Shown piece after piece: positions 10,045 to 18,017 of a DNA stretch of 32,000 nt. The stretch comes from Methanosphaera stadtmanae DSM 3091 (GTDB lineage: Archaea; Methanobacteriota; Methanobacteria; Methanobacteriales; Methanobacteriaceae): positions 780,001-812,000 of the forward strand of contig NC_007681.1 in assembly GCF_000012545.1 (NCBI RefSeq). Direction: 5' to 3'. The notes beneath the pieces were generated by a model that made no database searches, was not told the DNA's origin, and saw only the letters and a program-made list of their open reading frames with translations. Within the stretch, counting starts at the first letter, position 1; the number at the start of each line of letters is the position of its first letter. The translations under genes and the position numbers were made by a program.

Positions 10045-10394
10045 TCTCCCTTTTTTTTAGTAATTAGTTTTCATTTATCTTGAATATTTATTTTATTAAC
10101 ATTGTTATATTTTAGTATATAAAACAAAATTCTTGCTTTAATATATATACTAAAATATTACATATAAGATATATTTTATTTAAAATTTTTTTCATGAATT
10201 TAAAACATGATATAATAACTCATAAGATATAACAATTGTTATATTGTTTATATTATATAAAGGTTTTGGTAAAAAAAATATGTTTTTCAAATTAATTCTA
10301 TTGTTTATTAATATGTATAATATTTAGGAAATATTTTTTTCATATTTAACTCAAAAACTTCATGGGTTTTTATCTTTTTTTATAATAAATATGG

Positions 10395-10414
10395 AGTAAT
10401 ACAAAAGTATTACT
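10395..10414. promoter_or_regulatory. Perfect inverted repeat AGTAATAC-AAAA-GTATTACT upstream of the P-type ATPase (candidate operator)
   Basis: Read directly from the sequence. Related half-sites recur at 10440-10456 (GTATTACAAAAGTATTA) and 10483-10490 (AGTAATAC, overlapping the SD). Confidence 0.35.
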
Positions 10415-10492
10415 TTTTAGTAAATTCATTTATATACTAGTATTACAAAAGTATTAACTATAATATAAATAATATATAAAGGAGTAATACTT

Positions 10493-12427
10493 ATGAATAA
10501 ATTCGAGAAATTAATGGGTTTTCTCGAAGGTCTTAAAATGACCATAGTAGGAGGAATATTCCTATTAATAAGTTTAATATTATTAATAACAAACACAACA
10601 TTACCAATAGATCCTGCATGGGTAACTATTGTAATATGTGGACTTCCTCTTCTATACCTAGCTTTAAGTAGATTAGTCTATGAACACTGGGTATCTTCAG
10701 CATTATTAATATGTATTGCAATGGTTGCATCATTAATGATTGGTGAAATATTTGCTGCAGGTGAAGTAGTATTTATAATGGCATTAGGAGCTCTTCTTGA
10801 AGACTACACTGTAAGAAAATCAAAACAAGGATTAAGAGATTTAATAAATCTAAAACCACAAACTGGTAGATTACTAATTAAAGAAAATGGAGATATTGTA
10901 GAAAAAGAAATAAAAGTTCAGGAAATAAAAAAAGAAGATAAATTACGAGTACTTCCAGGAGAAGTAATTCCAGTAGATGGAATTATAATCAGTGGAGATA
11001 CATCTGTAGATCAATCTGTTATGACTGGTGAATCACTACCACTAGATAAAACAGTTAATGATGAAGTATATGCTGGTACTTTAAACTTATATGGTGCCAT
11101 AGATATAATCTCAACAAAAATAGGTAAAGATTCTTCACTAGAAAAATTAATTAGAATGGTTAAGGAAGCTGATGAAAAACAAGCACCAACACAAAGAATT
11201 GCAGATAAATGGGCAACATGGTTAGTACCTGTTGCATTAGCTATTGCTATTATTACATACATACTAACATGGAATATTGAAAGAGCAGTAACAATACTAG
11301 TAGTATTCTGTCCATGTGCACTGATACTTGCTACACCAACAGCTATTATGGCTGCAATTGGTCAAGCTACAAAACATGGTGTTCTTATAAAATCAGGTGA
11401 AGCTCTAGAGAAAATGGGTAATGTTAACTCCATAGCATTTGATAAAACAGGAACTTTAACCTATGGTAACCTAGAAGTATCTGATATAATACCATTGAAA
11501 GAAAATATTAGTAAAAAAATATTATTAAAATATGTAACAATTTCAGAGGTAAAATCAGAACATCCTATAGGTAAAGCCATAGTAAAATACAGTAAAAATG
11601 AATCTATCAATTATACTCAACCTGAAGAATTTAAAATGATTCCAGGAAAAGGAGTATCTGCAGTATATAATAATAAAAAAATACTATCTGGTACTATTAA
11701 ATTCATGGAAGAAAATAATATTACAATAAATAGTGAATCTATTGAAAAATTAGACTTACTAAGAAATGAAGGAAAAGCATCTATTGTAGTATCATATGAT
11801 AATGAATTAGTTGGAATAATTGGGTTATCTGATGTGTTACGTGAAACTGCTCCATATGTAGTTAATACTTTAATCAATGATTTAGATACTGATGTTGAAT
11901 TATTAACTGGAGATAATCATAAAGCTGCAAATTACTTTGCAAGTAAAGTTGGTATAACAAATATCTATTCAGAACTGTTACCTGAAAACAAGGTTGAAAT
12001 AATTGAACAATTAAAATGTGATAAGAAAACAGTGTGTATGGTTGGTGATGGAATTAATGATGCTCCAGCACTAAAAACAGCAGATGTTAGTGTTGCAATG
12101 GGTGGTATGGGTAGTGATATAGTTATTGATGCAGCAGATATTGCATTGCTAGGTGATGATATTGAAAATTTAACATATCTTAAAAAATTATCAAATGCAA
12201 CTTTATTTACAATACATCTAAGTATAACAATATCTATGATAATAAATGCAGTTGCTATTGTATGTTCAGTATTAGGACTATTAGATCCTATAAGTGGAGC
12301 ATTAGTACATAATATAGGTTCATGTGCAGTTGTAATGTTGGCAGCATCATTGTATGATAGAGATTTTTCTGATTATGCTCACAAATCTAAAGATAATATT
12401 ACTATTAAAAAACCTATTACAAATTAA
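10493..12427 (+). CDS. Heavy-metal-translocating P1B-type ATPase (Cd/Zn/Co-like; specificity unresolved), no N-terminal metal-binding domain
   Basis: Motifs TGES (MTGESLP), CPC (VVFCPCALILATP), DKTGTLT, SEHPIGKAI and GDGINDAPAL. 644 aa, starting directly in TM segments. SD AGGAG present. Confidence 0.9.
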   Translation: MNKFEKLMGFLEGLKMTIVGGIFLLISLILLITNTTLPIDPAWVTIVICGLPLLYLALSRLVYEHWVSSALLICIAMVASLMIGEIFAAGEVVFIMALGALLEDYTVRKSKQGLRDLINLKPQTGRLLIKENGDIVEKEIKVQEIKKEDKLRVLPGEVIPVDGIIISGDTSVDQSVMTGESLPLDKTVNDEVYAGTLNLYGAIDIISTKIGKDSSLEKLIRMVKEADEKQAPTQRIADKWATWLVPVALAIAIITYILTWNIERAVTILVVFCPCALILATPTAIMAAIGQATKHGVLIKSGEALEKMGNVNSIAFDKTGTLTYGNLEVSDIIPLKENISKKILLKYVTISEVKSEHPIGKAIVKYSKNESINYTQPEEFKMIPGKGVSAVYNNKKILSGTIKFMEENNITINSESIEKLDLLRNEGKASIVVSYDNELVGIIGLSDVLRETAPYVVNTLINDLDTDVELLTGDNHKAANYFASKVGITNIYSELLPENKVEIIEQLKCDKKTVCMVGDGINDAPALKTADVSVAMGGMGSDIVIDAADIALLGDDIENLTYLKKLSNATLFTIHLSITISMIINAVAIVCSVLGLLDPISGALVHNIGSCAVVMLAASLYDRDFSDYAHKSKDNITIKKPITN

Positions 12428-12456
12428 TTTTTTTTCTTTTTTTTCTATTTTTTCAT
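12428..12456 (+). terminator. Oligo-T termination tract after the ATPase
   Basis: tttttttt c tttttttt c ta tttttt immediately follows the stop codon, as is typical of archaeal oligo-T terminators. Confidence 0.4.
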
Positions 12457-13150
12457 GTTATTATTTAGTGAATAAATAGTTCTTATTTTGGGAACTTAAT
12501 TTGATATTTATTCACTATATATGAACTAAATTTCATATTAATAAACACTTTTTAGGAACTAAAATATTTTCCAAATCACTTTTTAGGAACACATATATGG
12601 GCTTTATTCACTTCATGTTGATTAAATATATGTGTTTTGCTCAAAAAAAGAAAAATATGTTCTTATTTTAAGAAAAAAAACCTTAAGGTGTATTTTTTAA
12701 GTTTTTTATTAAAATGGTTAAATGGGGTTTTTTTTATAAAATAAATATGTTTTCTTCATTTTTACAATTAACTATTTAAAATCATTATCTTATTTATAAA
12801 AATAATGTAAATATTAAGATTAAATAAAAATTAAGTCCATATAATAACTTTATTTTTCTAAAATAATGTTCACTTTTTTGGTAATTTATTCATTTGTCTT
12901 ATAAATCTAAGTTAATTATGAACTTTTTTTATTTTTAAATAGAAAAAAATAATTAATTTATAGTAAATTAATATAAAAAATATAAATTATTTAGATAATT
13001 TTAATTTTTAATTATTGAATGTTTATATATTAGTATTACATTATATAATAATAATTAATTTCAACTTTAAAAAACCATTAATTATATATGATTTATTATA
13101 ATAATGTAGGGGATTTAAAAAAAATATATATAATTTTTGGGGGATGTATT

Positions 13151-14008
13151 ATGGTCAATGAAAAAAACTCTGATAATTATCAAGAGTTGACTGAAGCCCG
13201 AAAGGATTATAAATTACATCTGACTATTTTAGTATGTATAGTGATAGCTGAATATATTGGCATGCTAACAGTAAATCTCTATGGAATTACAATAGTATTC
13301 ATGCCATTATTATATTCATTGGTTTTAGCAATTGCACTCTATTTAGCAAAACCTGTTAAATGGATTACAGATAAACAATCAAATAAAGCTAGTACAATTA
13401 TGATGCTCTTAATTGGTCCATTACTAGCTAAACTAGCAATTGCAAGTGGACAAAATATTCAGATTATTTTTAATGCTGGACCTGCAATTCTTTTACAAGA
13501 GATAGGAAACTTGGGAACAATATTTGCAGCATTACCTGTAGCATTGTTACTTGGTTTTAAACGTGAATCTATTGGAATGACAAGTTCTATATGTAGAGAG
13601 CCACAGATGGCTGTTGTTATAGATACCTTTGGATTTAATTCACCAGAAACAAAAGGATTTTTCACAGTATTTCTTATAGGTACTGTTTTAGGAACACCAT
13701 TTATTAGTTTACTAGCAAGTGTATTGGCACATGTTATTCCATTACACCCATATGCTTATGGAATGGCATGTGGTATTGGTAGTGCAAGTATGAATGCAGC
13801 AGCAGTAGCATCGTTGTGTGCTATTTTCCCTTCAGCAACAGTTCAACTAGAAGCATTTAGTGGAATGGCAAATCTGCTTTCAATGGTTACAGGTATGTAT
13901 GTTTATATATTAGTAGCTATTCCATTAACAGAATGGTTATATCGTAAACTTGAACCAGTGATTAGTCGAATTTTATTTAAAAAAGAAAATAAAAAAATAA
14001 AGGATTGA
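13151..14008 (+). CDS. Polytopic membrane protein, DUF3100-like (paralog A)
   Basis: Multi-TM protein. The ATG at 13151 is preferred over the track start at 13088: SD GGGGGAT sits 5 nt upstream and the N-terminal length matches paralog B (DYKLH motif at the same offset). The DUF3100 assignment is from memory of the family. Confidence 0.7.
   Translation: MVNEKNSDNYQELTEARKDYKLHLTILVCIVIAEYIGMLTVNLYGITIVFMPLLYSLVLAIALYLAKPVKWITDKQSNKASTIMMLLIGPLLAKLAIASGQNIQIIFNAGPAILLQEIGNLGTIFAALPVALLLGFKRESIGMTSSICREPQMAVVIDTFGFNSPETKGFFTVFLIGTVLGTPFISLLASVLAHVIPLHPYAYGMACGIGSASMNAAAVASLCAIFPSATVQLEAFSGMANLLSMVTGMYVYILVAIPLTEWLYRKLEPVISRILFKKENKKIKD
13529..13615 (+). repeat. Near-identical nucleotide tract shared with 14970-15056 (copy 1)
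   Basis: 59 nt are identical (gcattacctgtagcattgttacttggttttaaacgtgaatctattggaatgacaagttc). There are then only 3 mismatches over the next 28 nt. The flanking paralogous codons differ freely at synonymous sites. Confidence 0.85.
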
Positions 14009-14015
14009 TTTAAAA

Positions 14016-14483
14016 GTGTCAAAGATTTTATCTAAAGAAGTGGTGATGGAATGGATACTTATTTTAATTATCTTTTCTTTCATGTCTGCTATAGGTAACT
14101 ATATAGGTTATCATTATCCATTTCAAGAATCCTTATATGGTATGTTTATTTTATGTGCTATAACCTTACTAGGACTAATAATAGAACATCATATTTCATA
14201 TAACATACCTGCTATTATTTACATAAGTATTATAGGTTTAATAGTGGCACTTCCATGGTCACCAATATCAAGTACTATTATATACTATACATCAAAGGTA
14301 AATATTGTATCATTAACAACAATACTTCTAGCATATGCTGGAATAGCTATGGGAAAAGACTTAGGAGAATTTAAAAAAGTAGGTCTAAAGGGTATTATTG
14401 TTACCTTTTTTGTAATATTAGGAACATATATGGGTTCTGCATTAATTGCACAAGGAGTTTTAATGTATACTGGAATGATTTAA
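14016..14483 (+). CDS. Small (about 145-155 aa) 4-5 TM membrane protein between the two DUF3100-like genes
   Basis: Hydrophobic ORF starting 8 nt after paralog A. GTG start at 14016 (alternative ATG at 14046). No family recognised. Confidence 0.6.
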   Translation: MSKILSKEVVMEWILILIIFSFMSAIGNYIGYHYPFQESLYGMFILCAITLLGLIIEHHISYNIPAIIYISIIGLIVALPWSPISSTIIYYTSKVNIVSLTTILLAYAGIAMGKDLGEFKKVGLKGIIVTFFVILGTYMGSALIAQGVLMYTGMI

Positions 14484-14600
14484 ACTCCTTTCTAAAAAAC
14501 TTTTTTTTTAAAATATTTATATAAAATTATAGTTACTAGTAAAAATATTAAAGTATTATTCTATAAACTATTATTATACTATACAAAGGTAATAATTAAC

Positions 14601-15425
14601 ATGTTTAATAAAAAGATTATAGAATCATCAAGGGAACTTCTTGATTATAAACTACACATCACAGTACTAATTTGTGTTTTAATATCTCAAGCTATTGGAA
14701 CAGTTACTATAACAATAACTTCAGGATTTAAAATTATAATTCTACCTTTAATATTTTCATTAATACTAGTTACAATTTTATATTTAGAAAAATATGTTAC
14801 ATGGATTACTAAAAAACAATCAAAAACTTGTGGAAAAATAATGTTAATTATTATTGGACCATTAATTGCAAAATTAGCAATAACAAGTGGACAAAATATT
14901 GATTTATTAGTAAAAACAGGAATAGCCATATTTCTTGAAGAATTAGGTGATATAGGATCAATATTTATAGCATTACCTGTAGCATTGTTACTTGGTTTTA
15001 AACGTGAATCTATTGGAATGACAAGTTCCATATGTAGAGAGCCACAAATGGCAGTTATAATAGATAAATATGGTCTTTCTTCAGATGAAGTTAAGGGATT
15101 TATGATAGTATATCTTATTGGAATAATACTTGGAACAATTTTTATAAGTATAATTGCAAGTTTTTCATATTTAATTCCACTACATCCATATGCATATGCT
15201 TTAGCATGTGGAGTAGGAAGTACAAGTATGAATGTAGCAGCAGTATCATCTCTTATAACTCTTCATCCTGATTTATCAAATCAGTTATTAGCATTTAGTG
15301 GAATATCTAATTTAATTTCATTAATACTAGGGGTATATGTGTATATACTCGTATCATTACCATTAACAGAGAAATTATATGCTTATATAGAACCTATTGT
15401 AAGTAAATATATTTTTAAACGTTAA
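14601..15425 (+). CDS. Polytopic membrane protein, DUF3100-like (paralog B)
   Basis: Roughly 55% identical by eye to paralog A across the full length (shared ALPVALLLGFKRESIGMTSSICREPQMAV and IPLHPYAY). SD AAGGTAA present. Confidence 0.75.
   Translation: MFNKKIIESSRELLDYKLHITVLICVLISQAIGTVTITITSGFKIIILPLIFSLILVTILYLEKYVTWITKKQSKTCGKIMLIIIGPLIAKLAITSGQNIDLLVKTGIAIFLEELGDIGSIFIALPVALLLGFKRESIGMTSSICREPQMAVIIDKYGLSSDEVKGFMIVYLIGIILGTIFISIIASFSYLIPLHPYAYALACGVGSTSMNVAAVSSLITLHPDLSNQLLAFSGISNLISLILGVYVYILVSLPLTEKLYAYIEPIVSKYIFKR
14970..15056 (+). repeat. Near-identical nucleotide tract shared with 13529-13615 (copy 2)
   Basis: See copy 1; mismatches fall at 15029, 15047 and 15053. Confidence 0.85.
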
Positions 15426-15529
15426 TTCTTTTTTAGACTTTTTTTATTTTATTTTTTTGAATTAGACATTATATTAATCATTAGAATCAAAAATATAATT
15501 AGTAATAAAAATTTTTGGAGAATTAAATT

Positions 15530-16387
15530 ATGAGTGAATATACATTAGAAAATATAGCACAAGTTGTAGAAATATTAAGAGAAAAAAGTCCATTAACACA
15601 TTGTATTACAAATGTAGTTACTGTTAAAGATTGTGCTAATGCTGTTTTAGCAGTAGGAGCATCACCAATAATGGCAAATGCTCCAGAAGAAGCAGAAGAA
15701 ATTGTAGGTATTTCTAATTCACTTGTAATAAATATTGGAACATTAACTAAAGAACAAATAGAAACAATGAAGAAATCAGCAAAATTTGCTATTGAAAATA
15801 ATAAGCCATTCATACTAGATCCTGTAGGTGTAGGTATTAGTAACATTAGAAATCAAACACCAATCGATATTATTACAAATTCAAAACCATCTATTATTAG
15901 AGGAAATCTTTCAGAAATCAAAGCAATAGCAATGATGTATGATATATTAGATGAATGTACAATGGCAAAAGGTGTTGATGTAGCTCAATGTGATATTATA
16001 AACAAAGATACATTAATTTCTAATTGTAATCTTATTAAGAATATTTCAGAAAAATTAAATACTACAATAGCAGTATCTGGACCAATTGATATAATATCTG
16101 ATGGACATGATGTATACACAATAGAAAATGGTGATGCTATGATGTCTAGAATAACAGGTAGTGGATGTATGTTAGGATGTGTACTTGGAGCATATCTTGC
16201 AGTAACAAATCCATTAGAAGCAGCAATTACAGGTACACTTGTAATGGGTATAGCTGGAGAATTAGCTGCAAAAACAGCAAGAGATAATAACAAAGGAACA
16301 GGTTCATTTGGAATATATCTTATAGATGAATTATCAAAATTAAATAAAAGCACAATACTTTCTCAATCAAAATTAAATAAAATGTAG
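15530..16387 (+). CDS. thiM: Hydroxyethylthiazole kinase ThiM (copy 1)
   Basis: PLTHCITN, ANA..A.GASP.M, RGN.SEI and ITGSGCML motifs; 285 aa. SD GGAGA present. Confidence 0.9.
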   Translation: MSEYTLENIAQVVEILREKSPLTHCITNVVTVKDCANAVLAVGASPIMANAPEEAEEIVGISNSLVINIGTLTKEQIETMKKSAKFAIENNKPFILDPVGVGISNIRNQTPIDIITNSKPSIIRGNLSEIKAIAMMYDILDECTMAKGVDVAQCDIINKDTLISNCNLIKNISEKLNTTIAVSGPIDIISDGHDVYTIENGDAMMSRITGSGCMLGCVLGAYLAVTNPLEAAITGTLVMGIAGELAAKTARDNNKGTGSFGIYLIDELSKLNKSTILSQSKLNKM

Positions 16388-16397
16388 GTAATTGAAA

Positions 16398-17963
16398 ATG
16401 GATATTGATTATAGTGTCTATTTAGTAACTGATCAATTTGATTTTACTGAATCAGAATTTTTAAATATTATAGAGGAAGCTCTAAAAGGAAACACTACTA
16501 TTGTTCAAATAAGAGAAAAAAATAGTAGTACAAGAGATTTTTTAAATCTTGCACAGAAAGTTAAGAAATTAACTGATAAATATAATGTTCCATTAATTAT
16601 TAATGATAGAATAGACATAGCTCTTGCAGTAGATTCTGCAGGAGTTCATCTAGGTCAAGATGATATGCCTTGTAAAATAGCAAGAAAAATTATAGGACCA
16701 GATAAAATTATTGGAATCAGTGCTGAAAACTATGGGGATGCACTCCAAGCACAAGAAGATGGAGCAGACTATTTAGGTATAGGTGCTATAGAAAAAACTC
16801 CAACAAAAACAGATTGTAGTGTTATTTCAGAAGAGGATCTAAATAAAATTAAAAAAACAATAAAAATACCCCACGTAGCAATAGGTGGTGTAAAAGAACA
16901 TAATACTAGAGAAATAATAGATAAATATGGCTTTGATGGTGTAGCAATAGTTTCAGCAATTATGAAAAGTGACCTTCCAAAAGAAGCTGCAACTAACTTT
17001 TATAATCTAGTAAATAGTAAGTTAACCTTAGATGATGTTTATGCTGCTATATATGGTGTTATTGTAGGGGATGCTCTTGGTGTTCCATATGAATTTAAAC
17101 CTAGATCTACACTACAAAAAACACCTGTAACTGGAATGAGAGGTCATGGTACTTATGATAAACCAGAGGGCACTTGGTCTGATGATAGTTCTTTAACATT
17201 AGCATTAGCTGATAGTTTAGTATATGGTATAGATTATGATGATATAATGTCTAGATTTAGTAAATGGTTATATCAAAACATGTATACTCCAGAGAATGAA
17301 GTTTTTGATGTTGGACAAACTACAGAAGAAGCAATCTATAATTATACAATGGGTGTAAATCCATTAGATTGTGGTGGAGTTGAGGAATATGAAAATGGTA
17401 ATGGTTCTTTAATGAGAATAATGCCATTATTATTATATATAAATAGAAAATCAATCGATGAAAAAAGTGCTATTGAATTAATAAATAATGTTTCATCATT
17501 AACACATGCACATAAAACTAGTAAAGCTTGTTGTAATATATATAATTTCCTAGTACAAGCTATTATTGAAAATAGGGAAGCTAATAATCTTAAAACTTTA
17601 ATTAAAAAAGCAATTGAAAGGGCTAAAAAACAGTATCCACTAAAAGAATATCCAGAATTTAAATCTTTATACGATGATCTATTCTTTGATTCAGGAGAAA
17701 ATTTAGATAGTACTGGATATGTTGTAAATGCATTACAAATTGCATTCTATGCATGTTATCATAGTAGTGATTATAGTGATGCTGTGTTGTGTGCTGTGAA
17801 TTTTGGAGAAGACACTGACACAAATGCTGCTATAACTGGTGGGATTGCTGCTTTATACTATGGTTATAAATCTATTCCACCTAAATGGATCGATGTTATT
17901 ATAAATAAGGAATTAATTAATGAAGTTTTAGATGCCTTTAGTGAAGGTCTTAAACATTATTAA
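16398..17963 (+). CDS. thiE: Fusion protein: thiamine-phosphate synthase ThiE (N-terminal ~205 aa) plus ADP-ribosylglycohydrolase-family domain (C-terminal ~310 aa)
   Basis: ThiE motifs: YLVTD, VQIREK, INDRIDIA, GVHLGQDD and IGGV. ARH motifs: GVIVGDALGVPYEF, TWSDDSSLTLALA, GNGSLMRIMP and GEDTDTNAAITGG. The reading frame is uninterrupted across the junction near 17000-17040. ATG at 16398 is preferred; the track uses TTG at 16392. Confidence 0.85.
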   Translation: MDIDYSVYLVTDQFDFTESEFLNIIEEALKGNTTIVQIREKNSSTRDFLNLAQKVKKLTDKYNVPLIINDRIDIALAVDSAGVHLGQDDMPCKIARKIIGPDKIIGISAENYGDALQAQEDGADYLGIGAIEKTPTKTDCSVISEEDLNKIKKTIKIPHVAIGGVKEHNTREIIDKYGFDGVAIVSAIMKSDLPKEAATNFYNLVNSKLTLDDVYAAIYGVIVGDALGVPYEFKPRSTLQKTPVTGMRGHGTYDKPEGTWSDDSSLTLALADSLVYGIDYDDIMSRFSKWLYQNMYTPENEVFDVGQTTEEAIYNYTMGVNPLDCGGVEEYENGNGSLMRIMPLLLYINRKSIDEKSAIELINNVSSLTHAHKTSKACCNIYNFLVQAIIENREANNLKTLIKKAIERAKKQYPLKEYPEFKSLYDDLFFDSGENLDSTGYVVNALQIAFYACYHSSDYSDAVLCAVNFGEDTDTNAAITGGIAALYYGYKSIPPKWIDVIINKELINEVLDAFSEGLKHY

Positions 17964-18017
17964 TTTTCTCCTATTTTTTTTAGTATTTAATGAGTTTGGA
18001 CCATTGTATATTTTTAT

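Noticed and set aside
11011-11877. Minus-strand ORFs 11011-11262 and 11617-11877 within the P-type ATPase
   Set aside because: Antisense shadows with no independent support.
12460-12620. Possible CRISPR-like array from the phased short repeats
   Set aside because: The repeat units are only ~14 nt, are imperfect, and have ~18-nt AT-rich spacers. There is no leader, no cas genes, and only 3-4 units. This does not match CRISPR architecture.
13088-13150. Upstream ATG at 13088 as the start of DUF3100-like paralog A (track model)
   Set aside because: There is no SD before 13088. A strong GGGGGAT SD precedes the ATG at 13151, and that start matches the N-terminal length of paralog B. The extension MIYYNNVGDLKKIYIIFGGCI has no counterpart.
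12428-13150. TPP (THI-box) riboswitch upstream of the thi-linked genes; also checked 15426-15529 and 26375-26522
   Set aside because: I could not find the conserved CUGAGA / ACCUGAUCUGGAUAAUGCCAGCG-type elements or any GC-paired helices on either strand. A covariance-model scan (Rfam RF00059) would be the decisive test.
13459-15031. Minus-strand ORFs 13459-13665 and 14687-15031 sharing the peptide ELVIPIDSRLKPSNNATGNA
   Set aside because: The shared peptide is simply the antisense reading of the near-identical nucleotide tract in the two DUF3100 paralogs. It is not evidence of a real antisense gene.
15523-16353. Minus-strand ORFs 15523-15846 and 15985-16353 within thiM copy 1
   Set aside because: Antisense shadows of thiM.
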